A DNA stretch of 46,000 bases from a virus: positions 1-46,000 of the IMG/VR virus record IMGVR_UViG_3300032893_000092; one strand, written 5' to 3'. The translations under genes were made by a program, and so were the position numbers. Positions 39,510 to 46,000 of the stretch are shown piece by piece (the first letter of the stretch is position 1; each line of letters begins with the position of its first letter). Under the pieces are notes generated by a model. That model ran no database searches and was not told the origin of the DNA. It saw only the letters and a program-made list of their open reading frames with translations.

Positions 39510-40819
39510 GTCACACCGAAGTAGTAGACATCTTCGCTCCGCTCTACAAGCCAGCGCCTTACAAGGTGCTGAAGGGTGGACGCTCGGGAATGAAGAGTCA
39601 CGGTGTCGCCGAAGCTCTGCTACGCCTCGGCCGCTCGAAGAAGCGTCGCATCCTTTGCGCTCGTGAAGTCCAGAAGTCGATCACCGAGTCAGTTCACCAG
39701 CTCCTTCGCGACAAGATCGCCGCTCTCGGCTACGAGAACTTCTACACGGTCGGTAACAGCGAGATCGTGGGAAATAACGGAACTCAGTTCCTGTTCGCCG
39801 GTCTGAAGACAAACTTCGCCAGCTTGAAGTCGAAGGAAGGTCTGGACATCGTCTGGGTCGAGGAAGCGGCTAAGGTCTCGCGAGACAGCTGGAAGGTTCT
39901 ACTCCCGACGATCCGCAAGGAAGGCGCCGAACTGTGGATCACGTTCAATCCCGACCTAGAGACCGATCCTGTCTGGACGCTGTTCTGTGCCAAGCCGCGG
40001 CCAGGTACGGTAGTGATCGACACGAACTGGCGCCAGAACCCCTGGCTCTCCCAGAGGACACTCGCCGAGATTCGCTACGACTTCACGGTCGATCCTGAGA
40101 GCGCGGCTCACGTTTGGGACGGTGGATTCAATCGCCGGTCGAAGGCCGTGATCTTCGCTGGCAAGGTCAAGGAAGAGAGCTTTACTCCGTCGATCGACTT
40201 CTACGGTCCGTACTTCGGCGCCGACTTTGGCTTCGCTCAAGACCCGGCGACACTGATGAAGCTCTGGCTGTCGAACGATCTGAAGAAGATTTTCGTAGAG
40301 TACGAGGCTTATGGAGTCGGCGTCGAGCTGAACGAGCTTCCTGAGCTCTACCGCTCTGTCCCAGGCTCCCAGAACCGGCCGACAGCGACTCAGGCCAAGA
40401 TGGGCGCGACAGTATTCAGCCTTCAACAGCCGGTGATCCGCGCGGATAACTCGCGGCCGGAGACGATCAGTCATCTCCGCGGCTACGGCTTCAACGTCGT
40501 AGCGGCCGACAAGTGGCCTGGATCAGTCGAGGACGGAATCACCTGGCTCAAGGCTCACGAGGAGATCGTCGTCCACCCGCGGTGTGTTCACCAGCTGGCC
40601 GAAGCTAAGGACTACAAGTTCAAGGAAGACCCGCTGACCGGCGACGTGCTTCCGATCGTCATCGACAAGCATAACCACTGTTGGGACGCCGATCGCTACG
40701 GCTTCGAGCCGGTGATCAAGCTTGGTGAGGTCTCGACTGTCGTGAACCTCGGCCAGGAAGTCTCGATCACGCCGGAGCTCGACGAGCTCGACCTGGTGTC
40801 TCAGGAGCTAGGATTCTGA
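39506..40819 (+). CDS. terL: terminase large subunit (Terminase_3 / PBSX-like)
   Basis: Walker A-like LKGGRSGMKSHG, Walker B IVWVEEA, and a C-terminal nuclease region. 437 aa. Confidence 0.85.
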   Translation: MSHTEVVDIFAPLYKPAPYKVLKGGRSGMKSHGVAEALLRLGRSKKRRILCAREVQKSITESVHQLLRDKIAALGYENFYTVGNSEIVGNNGTQFLFAGLKTNFASLKSKEGLDIVWVEEAAKVSRDSWKVLLPTIRKEGAELWITFNPDLETDPVWTLFCAKPRPGTVVIDTNWRQNPWLSQRTLAEIRYDFTVDPESAAHVWDGGFNRRSKAVIFAGKVKEESFTPSIDFYGPYFGADFGFAQDPATLMKLWLSNDLKKIFVEYEAYGVGVELNELPELYRSVPGSQNRPTATQAKMGATVFSLQQPVIRADNSRPETISHLRGYGFNVVAADKWPGSVEDGITWLKAHEEIVVHPRCVHQLAEAKDYKFKEDPLTGDVLPIVIDKHNHCWDADRYGFEPVIKLGEVSTVVNLGQEVSITPELDELDLVSQELGF

Positions 40820-40980
40820 TGTTACGCGCTATTCAACTCGACTCGACGGCGACTACTCCTCAGCTCTTGCCAGAGGAGCTCGACTTCGTGATCGGTGTGA
40901 TGTGGGAACACCGCGCGGCTGACGCGAGCCAGCCAGCACAGCCTGTCTACGTGACTCGTAGACCTACTCGGGAGAATTGA
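40819..40980 (+). CDS. small hypothetical protein (53 aa)
   Basis: Hand-translated as MLRAIQLDSTATTPQLLPEELDFVIGVMWEHRAAD... Its ATG shares one base with the terL TGA. Confidence 0.35.
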   Translation: MLRAIQLDSTATTPQLLPEELDFVIGVMWEHRAADASQPAQPVYVTRRPTREN

Positions 40981-40981
40981 C

Positions 40982-41143
40982 ATGGAAGCTATCTACCTTC
41001 TGTTCGCTTTTGCAATAACCTTCGGAGCCGGTACCTTCTGTGGTTATGCGTTCCGCTCAGTGATCGCCAAAGATGTCGCCGAGGCGAAACAGGTGATTCA
41101 AGAGGCGAAGCAATTACTCGCCGAGGTGAAGTCAAAGGTTTAA
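40982..41143 (+). CDS. small membrane protein (53 aa)
   Basis: MEAIYLLFAFAITFGAGTFCGYAF... is a TM segment followed by a coiled-coil tail. It starts 2 nt after the previous stop. Confidence 0.35.
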   Translation: MEAIYLLFAFAITFGAGTFCGYAFRSVIAKDVAEAKQVIQEAKQLLAEVKSKV

Positions 41144-41197
41144 GTTCCCTGTTAAGGGAGTGGAGGTCACGAGATGACCACGTCCACGAACCAGGTA

Positions 41198-41230
41198 GGG
41201 AGCTAGTTAGCCGCGGCTGGCTAGGCTCCC
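41198..41230 (+). promoter_or_regulatory. GC-rich stem-loop (GGGAGC...GGCTCCC element, copy 2)
   Basis: GGGAGCTAGTTAGCCGCGGCTGGCTAGGCTCCC forms a ~12-bp bulged hairpin around the palindrome AGCCGCGGCT, 22 nt upstream of the portal ATG. Confidence 0.4.
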
Positions 41231-41252
41231 GAACTCTGGAAGAGAGATCAAG

Positions 41253-42905
41253 ATGAAGTTCACAGAGACACTGAAGACGTTCTGGTACGGTGAGAGCGCG
41301 AGAGCTTCGGCTCCCGCGTCTTCTGGTGTCAGTACGAGCGAAGCCGCTCACTGGATCATGGAGACGCTTGGTAACGTCCCGATCGGCGACGGCGACATCA
41401 CGATCCGCGAGGCGTTCACCCAGGCTGACATCGAGCTCGCGCTGGACGATCGCGGCTGGCTGGTCGGTGGTAAGCGAATGGCCGGTGAGCTCGACCCGCT
41501 GAGCCGTCAGACCCAAGTGAACAAGAGCCGTTATTACTGGCTCCGCGATCCGCTCGCTCACCAGGCCGTGAGACTGTGGACGGACTACGCGCTAGGCGAC
41601 GAAGGGATCACGTACAAGGCGGAAAGCGACAGCGTCCAGAAACAACTTGACCGAGTCTACAAACATCGCAAGAACCGCGCGGTCTTCTCAGCGTCCGGCC
41701 AGCGTCGCTCTTCGACGCGGCTCCTGGTAGACGGTGAGCTGTTCTACGCCTTCGGGAAGGACGGCCGCGTCCGTAACTTCGACTGTCTCCAGATCACAGA
41801 CATAATCACCGATCCGGACGACGTGGAGACGATCCAAGGGTATAAGCGCTCGACCTGGCTTCCCGCGGCTCAGAACGTGCCAGTCCCGGACACGAAGACG
41901 CTCTATTATCGCGACTGGACGAACCCTGACGGATCAGTACTCGACCCGATCACGAAGAAGGAAGTCAAAGTCGAGCAAGGGATCGTGATCTATCACCTCC
42001 CCTTCGACAATCTGACCCAGAGAGGTAACGGCCTGTTCTCTTGCTGTTCAGACTGGCTCCGCGAGAACCGTCGCTTTATGGCCGCTCGTGTAGCGATCAC
42101 CCAGGCTCTGTCCAAGTTCGCGACGAAGACCACCGTGAAGGGTGGTCAGACGATGATCAACTCGGTCCGCGCTAAGCTGGAGTCTACGTTCGCTCAGACC
42201 GGCCTGAGTGGTGGAACCGAACACCAGCCTCCTACGGCGCCTGGTGGGAACTGGCTCCAGAATGACGGACTGAACCTCGAACAGTTCAAGGTCCAGACCG
42301 GAGGCTCTGAAGCGAAGGACGACGCTAACAACCTGAAGCTGATGGTAGCTCCAGGGACTGGCATCTTCCTCCACTACTTCGGCGATCCTTCGACCGGTAA
42401 CCTGGCTACGGCTACCGCGATGGAACTCCCTATGCACAAGATGTTTCAGAGCTATCAGAAGCTCTGGGTGGACGCTCACCGGGAGATGCAATCAATTATC
42501 CTGGACGAAGACCCAGACGACGATCCCGAGCCGATTACGAACGAGCTCCCGGCGATCATCGAAGACGATCTTCTGAAGCTGTCTAATTTTCTGACGGCCG
42601 TCACTCAGGTCTTCCCTGAAGCGAAAGTTCCAGAGCTCTTGAGACAGTGTCTCAGCTCGGCGAACGTGCCAAACCTGGATCAAGTAATGAAGTCGATCGA
42701 AGACAAGCGCAATCTGATCGACACGAACGCGAAGCAAGGACTGGACGCCTCGGGAGCTCCGTTCAAGAACCAGCTCCCGATAAAGACCGGCGAGATGACC
42801 GGAGACCAGTCCCTCGGAGTCAGTGGCAACAGTGGAAGCCTGGAAGCGGACAGAATGGCGAGGCTGTCCGTAGCGGTGGAGAAGCTCGCGGAGTCTCTGA
42901 GGTGA
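41253..42905 (+). CDS. portal protein
   Basis: 550 aa, located between terL and the MuF-like gene. RBS GGAAGAGAG. Confidence 0.75.
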   Translation: MKFTETLKTFWYGESARASAPASSGVSTSEAAHWIMETLGNVPIGDGDITIREAFTQADIELALDDRGWLVGGKRMAGELDPLSRQTQVNKSRYYWLRDPLAHQAVRLWTDYALGDEGITYKAESDSVQKQLDRVYKHRKNRAVFSASGQRRSSTRLLVDGELFYAFGKDGRVRNFDCLQITDIITDPDDVETIQGYKRSTWLPAAQNVPVPDTKTLYYRDWTNPDGSVLDPITKKEVKVEQGIVIYHLPFDNLTQRGNGLFSCCSDWLRENRRFMAARVAITQALSKFATKTTVKGGQTMINSVRAKLESTFAQTGLSGGTEHQPPTAPGGNWLQNDGLNLEQFKVQTGGSEAKDDANNLKLMVAPGTGIFLHYFGDPSTGNLATATAMELPMHKMFQSYQKLWVDAHREMQSIILDEDPDDDPEPITNELPAIIEDDLLKLSNFLTAVTQVFPEAKVPELLRQCLSSANVPNLDQVMKSIEDKRNLIDTNAKQGLDASGAPFKNQLPIKTGEMTGDQSLGVSGNSGSLEADRMARLSVAVEKLAESLR

Positions 42906-43252
42906 AGCCATGCAAGGCGAGATACTCGTGGACCTCTATCACCCAAGTAATGGTGATCTGTGCGATCTTCTTCGCGGGAGGCGTCCTACCTCAGTCCCAG
43001 CTTCTGGCGACAGCGAAGACTCAGACAGTTACGGCTATTTGGGGTCCCGGTTGTTTTCATCTTCGCGAAGATGCTCGCGTAGAGGCGCCTCTGAAGGAAG
43101 ACGGAACTCCTGACCTAGGCCGGACCAAAGTCACTGGAGTGGTGTTAGACATGAGATGCTGGAGCTATGAAGTTACTCGTCAAGATCGCCGCGCTGGAGT
43201 TCACGACAGCGGTCGTGATAGTGGCGGCGACGCGAGCGGTAGCCAGCGGTAG
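42902..43252 (+). CDS. hypothetical membrane or secreted protein
   Basis: GTG 42902 in a GTGA overlap with the portal stop. The product reads (M)KPCKARYSWTSITQVMVICAIFFAGGVLP... It overlaps the next ORF by 86 nt. Confidence 0.35.
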   Translation: MKPCKARYSWTSITQVMVICAIFFAGGVLPQSQLLATAKTQTVTAIWGPGCFHLREDARVEAPLKEDGTPDLGRTKVTGVVLDMRCWSYEVTRQDRRAGVHDSGRDSGGDASGSQR

Positions 43253-43415
43253 TTACACGAAGACTGGCTTCTATGAAGTCATCTTCGTCGCTCAGTGGTT
43301 CTGGAGCCGTAATCTGGGATTCCAGGACGAGTCGAGAAGCTGGAAGACAGCTTTCCCGGCTTACGCGATCGGAGCTGTACTAGGCGCCTGGTTTGGATTG
43401 TGGATATCAAAGTGA
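43167..43415 (+). CDS. small multi-TM membrane protein
   Basis: 82 aa with hydrophobic segments LEFTTAVVIVAATRAVA, VIFVAQWFW and AIGAVLGAWFGLWI. Confidence 0.45.
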   Translation: MKLLVKIAALEFTTAVVIVAATRAVASGSYTKTGFYEVIFVAQWFWSRNLGFQDESRSWKTAFPAYAIGAVLGAWFGLWISK

Positions 43416-44206
43416 ACGAAGTACTCGACAAACTCGAAGACCTGGTCAGTGAGATCGCCGAAGCCGCAAAGCGTCCCGGCGTCCTCGGTCTGGCCGGTCG
43501 TAAGATCGAGAAGCGAGCCCAGTCGGAGCTCGCCGGTTACTTCAAGAGCTTGAAGGTCGGCGACCTGGCCGAGATCGCGAAGGGTGGAGTCACCGCGGAG
43601 ATGGGAAAGCACGTCGCCGCTAACAGGCTCCATAACATCGTTCGCAAGGCGCGGCCGTCCCTCTTGCTGATCCTGAAGTCGAACATGATCGACGCGATTC
43701 ACGCCAGCCGCAAAATAGACCACAGGATCGCCGAGGCTGACGACTTCAGCCAGCCGTTCACGAAGCAAGGGAAGACGCTCTTCGACGCGGTAGAGTGGGC
43801 TGAGAAGCAAGCCGCGGACCTGGTGACCGGCCTGGACGCGACGACGATCGAACAGATCGCCGACTCTGTGGCTCAAGGGATTGAGGAACAGCTTGGCGTC
43901 GCCGGAACCGGGCGTCTGATCCGCGACGTAGTGGACGAGATGTCGGTCAGCCGCGCGGCCATGATCGCTTCTACAGAGATCAATCGCGCGATGTCGGCCG
44001 CGGCCGTAGATCAGCTTGGAGACCTTGGCGTCGAGTACAAGCGGATCGTCCTGTCGCCTGACGCCTGTCCGATCTGTATTGACAATGCTGACCAGGACCC
44101 GCTACCTCTCGACGAGGACTATGACTCGGGAGACGCCTTCCCGCCGTTCCATCCTAATTGTCGATGTGCAATCACCGGAGCTCGCGCTCCCCAGGAGGAA
44201 GTATGA
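43400..44206 (+). CDS. head morphogenesis protein (Mu F / SPP1 gp7-like)
   Basis: C-terminal GDAFPPFHPNCRCAI motif. The start is GTG 43400, or GTG 43412 (GTGA junction). Confidence 0.7.
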   Translation: MDIKVNEVLDKLEDLVSEIAEAAKRPGVLGLAGRKIEKRAQSELAGYFKSLKVGDLAEIAKGGVTAEMGKHVAANRLHNIVRKARPSLLLILKSNMIDAIHASRKIDHRIAEADDFSQPFTKQGKTLFDAVEWAEKQAADLVTGLDATTIEQIADSVAQGIEEQLGVAGTGRLIRDVVDEMSVSRAAMIASTEINRAMSAAAVDQLGDLGVEYKRIVLSPDACPICIDNADQDPLPLDEDYDSGDAFPPFHPNCRCAITGARAPQEEV

Positions 44207-45285
44207 ACACCGAGATCGTAGAGCGCTCCTTCACCGCTGAGCAACGTAAGAAGCTGGCTAAGTCTGGAGCCGCGCTCCCTGACGGTAGCTTCCCGATCGA
44301 GAACAAGTCCGACTTGGAGAACGCTATCCAGGCTGTCGGTCGCGCGTCGAACTCGGCCGCGGCTAAGGCTCACATCAAGAAACGAGCGAAGGCTCTCGGC
44401 TGTACCGACTGTATTCCCGACACTTGGGAGAGCTGGCAAGCCGTGACTGGAGGCGAGCTGATCGTCGAGGCGTCCTTCAAGGACGGAGACTCTCACTCCG
44501 GCCTGGAGAAGAAGCTGAGCTCCGCGATCGACGGTAAGGTTCAGGCTGGCGAGGACATGGACGGAGACGGCGACAATGACGCTCCGGATCGTGCCACTCA
44601 GTCCTGGCCGCTCCACTACGTCCGCGCGGTTCACGACAATCACGTCATCTACTCGATGGGCGGGAAGACCTTTGCTCACAAGTACGAGAAGGACGAAGAC
44701 GGCGATCCACACCTGAAGGGTTCGCCGATCGAGGTCGAGCCCAGCTACGAGACGGTCAAGACGAAGGAGAGCTTCGGCGAGTCGGCCGCGTTCGACGCGA
44801 CTTCCACGTTCCAGGAATCGAACGGCTACGACGCGGCGAAGGGTGAGATCACGATGACCGTGATCAAGCCTGGCTGGAGCCTGAATAATCGTTACTACTC
44901 CCCGGAGATGCTGAAGCGTGACTACAAGGTCTTCGAGAACGCGAAGATGTTCATGAACCACCAGACCGACAAGGAAGCTAACCAGCGTCCCGAGGGTGAT
45001 CTCCGGGACTGGGTAGCTCAAGTCACGAAGGTCTGGCCGGAGTCGGACGGTACGATCCGCGCGAAGGCGGTCGTCATCGACCCTACCCTCAAGGCGAAGA
45101 TGTCGTCCCTGGCCGAGAACAAGCTCCTCCCTCAGATGGGAGTCTCGATCCGAGCCGCGGGTGAAGCTCACGACGGCGAGGCTGAAGGGAAGTCCGGGAA
45201 GATCATCGAAGCGATCACGGCCGCTCGGAGCGTGGACTTTGTGACGTTCCCTGGAGCCGGAGGCGCCGTCGAGACTTTGCAGTAA
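44203..45285 (+). CDS. prohead protease / scaffold-like protein
   Basis: ATG 44203 follows CCAGGAGGAAGT (ATGA overlap). The N-terminus has ALPDGSFPIENKSDLENAIQAVGRA...HIKKRAKALG. The C-terminus has ...NNRYYSPEML...MFMNHQTD... It lies upstream of the scaffold and capsid genes. Confidence 0.5.
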   Translation: MNTEIVERSFTAEQRKKLAKSGAALPDGSFPIENKSDLENAIQAVGRASNSAAAKAHIKKRAKALGCTDCIPDTWESWQAVTGGELIVEASFKDGDSHSGLEKKLSSAIDGKVQAGEDMDGDGDNDAPDRATQSWPLHYVRAVHDNHVIYSMGGKTFAHKYEKDEDGDPHLKGSPIEVEPSYETVKTKESFGESAAFDATSTFQESNGYDAAKGEITMTVIKPGWSLNNRYYSPEMLKRDYKVFENAKMFMNHQTDKEANQRPEGDLRDWVAQVTKVWPESDGTIRAKAVVIDPTLKAKMSSLAENKLLPQMGVSIRAAGEAHDGEAEGKSGKIIEAITAARSVDFVTFPGAGGAVETLQ

Positions 45286-45348
45286 GAACGTCCCTTTGGG
45301 GTGGAACGATCTCACCAGAGGAAGTAAGTCGCAACCAAGGAGGAAGTT

Positions 45349-45738
45349 ATGAAAAGCACAGAAGTTCAGTTGAATGAGGCGCTGGCGACGATCGAGACCC
45401 AGAAGGGTAAGATCAGCCAGCTCGAAGAGTCCATCACGGCCGGTCGCAAGGCCACAGCGAAGGCCGAACGTGACGCGAAGCTGAAGGAGTCGAAGCTCCC
45501 AGCTCCTTGCGTCGAGCGTCTGTCGAAGGCGTTCGAGAACTCGGTGGATAACGCCGGTCTCCAGGAAGCAATCAACACCGAGAAGACCTATGTCGAGTCC
45601 CTCACGAAGACCAGCTTCAAGAACGGCCAGGGCGTCCAGGTCAGCGAGTCGTCTCCCGAACAGCTGAAGGAGCGTCAGAAGGCCGCGTACAAGGCGTCCG
45701 GTTACACCGACGAGCAGATCAAGCGTCTCGTCAGCTAG
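45349..45738 (+). CDS. scaffolding-like coiled-coil protein
   Basis: 129 aa with RBS AAGGAGGAAG. It is Lys/Glu-rich and coiled-coil, and lies before the decoration and capsid genes. Confidence 0.55.
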   Translation: MKSTEVQLNEALATIETQKGKISQLEESITAGRKATAKAERDAKLKESKLPAPCVERLSKAFENSVDNAGLQEAINTEKTYVESLTKTSFKNGQGVQVSESSPEQLKERQKAAYKASGYTDEQIKRLVS

Positions 45739-45813
45739 GCTTCACCCGCTGTAGAACCACCATCTAGTCCGCGTCCTGGATAAAATGGCCGGACTTAAAA
45801 AGAGGTAAGAGCA

Positions 45814-46000
45814 ATGAAGAACTTTGTCCAGAAGGGTGATCGAGTCACCTTCGCGAAAACAGCCTTGACGGGGCCTAACAATCCCATCAAGTCCGGCGAT
45901 CCCATCTATACGACCTCGGGTCGTCTCTGTGGCGTCGCTGTCGCGGACGCTGTCCCTGGAACCGCGGGTCCGGCTGACGACGGTAACGTCGTAATGCAAG
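45814..46000 (+). CDS. head decoration protein, DUF2190-like (N-terminal part; continues at base 128 of the window)
   Basis: The ATG follows AGAGGTAAGAG. The product starts MKNFVQKGDRVTFAKTALTGPNNPIKSGDP... and the ORF runs off the window end inside the terminal overlap. Confidence 0.6.
   Translation, partial: MKNFVQKGDRVTFAKTALTGPNNPIKSGDPIYTTSGRLCGVAVADAVPGTAGPADDGNVVMQ
45874..46000. repeat. terminal overlap, copy 2 (identical to 1-127)
   Basis: Base-by-base identity with 1-127. Confidence 0.95.

Noticed and set aside
44119-45315. 398-aa minus-strand ORF opposite the protease/scaffold gene
   Set aside because: It has the same shadow-ORF character: Arg/Leu/Val-rich, no motifs, and it conflicts with a coupled, RBS-supported plus-strand gene.
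45874-46000. Terminal repeat as the LTR/IR of a mobile element or a true phage DTR
   Set aside because: The repeat is direct, lies inside a coding sequence, and joins two in-phase halves of one gene. The simplest explanation is assembly overlap of a circular or permuted genome. A real short DTR cannot be excluded without reads.
1-46000. Lysogeny module (integrase, CI/Cro-like repressor, attP)
   Set aside because: No ORF shows tyrosine or serine recombinase motifs or a repressor/antirepressor pair. The only HTH seen is the N-terminus of the metallophosphoesterase protein. The phage may be virulent, but absence of recognisable motifs is not proof.

Overview
This window is one complete tailed-phage genome of about 45.87 kb, assembled as a circle. 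Bases 1-127 are identical to 45874-46000 (unit length 45873 bp), and a DUF2190-like head-decoration gene is split across the window ends. I saw no integrase, repressor module, tRNA or CRISPR array. Rightward late block (38573 -> wrap -> 18151): terS and terL (Terminase_3/PBSX-like, which suggests headful packaging), portal, MuF/SPP1-gp7-like protein, protease/scaffold, scaffold, decoration protein, major capsid, head-tail connectors, a tail-fibre gene in an unusual position, major tail protein, G/GT chaperones with a CCCTTTT -1 slippery site, tape measure and distal tail/fibre proteins. This is followed by a three-gene glycosylation island (two Fringe/GT31-like domains, a GT2 domain and an SDR epimerase) and a lysis-like cassette with no classical endolysin (a DUF5675-like His/Cys protein plus membrane proteins). 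Leftward early block (38430 -> 18193), driven by two near-identical sigma70-like promoters (TTGACA-N16/17-TAGA[G/C]T): a TGT/DpdA-like protein with a nucleoside 2-deoxyribosyltransferase-like protein, a pentapeptide-repeat protein coupled to an SNF2-like protein with a degenerate P-loop, a Gp157-like protein, and an SSB-like protein with an acidic tail ending in Phe. It continues with an HD hydrolase, a dNMP kinase, a Nudix hydrolase, an HTH-metallophosphoesterase, a Tmk::UDG-like fusion, family-A DNA polymerase, a VRR-NUC-like nuclease, a secreted Cys-rich protein and an OmpX/Lom-like beta-barrel protein. The last two genes of this block are each preceded by a strand-asymmetric G-rich iteron-like array. 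A rightward island (endonuclease VII and Prim-Pol/helicase, 34466-36832) is embedded in the leftward block. The most interesting points are: (1) the scattered nucleotide/DNA-modification gene set; (2) the two GCCAGACC/GCCTGCC arrays with a conserved leader box flanking an unknown 193-aa gene; (3) the eukaryote-like glycosyltransferase island; (4) the pentapeptide-repeat putative DNA mimic; (5) a 28-bp direct repeat that exactly brackets a zinc-finger ORF; (6) roughly 3-fold GATC enrichment everywhere except a compositionally foreign fibre module. All functional calls rest on motifs read by eye and on gene order. No database search was possible.
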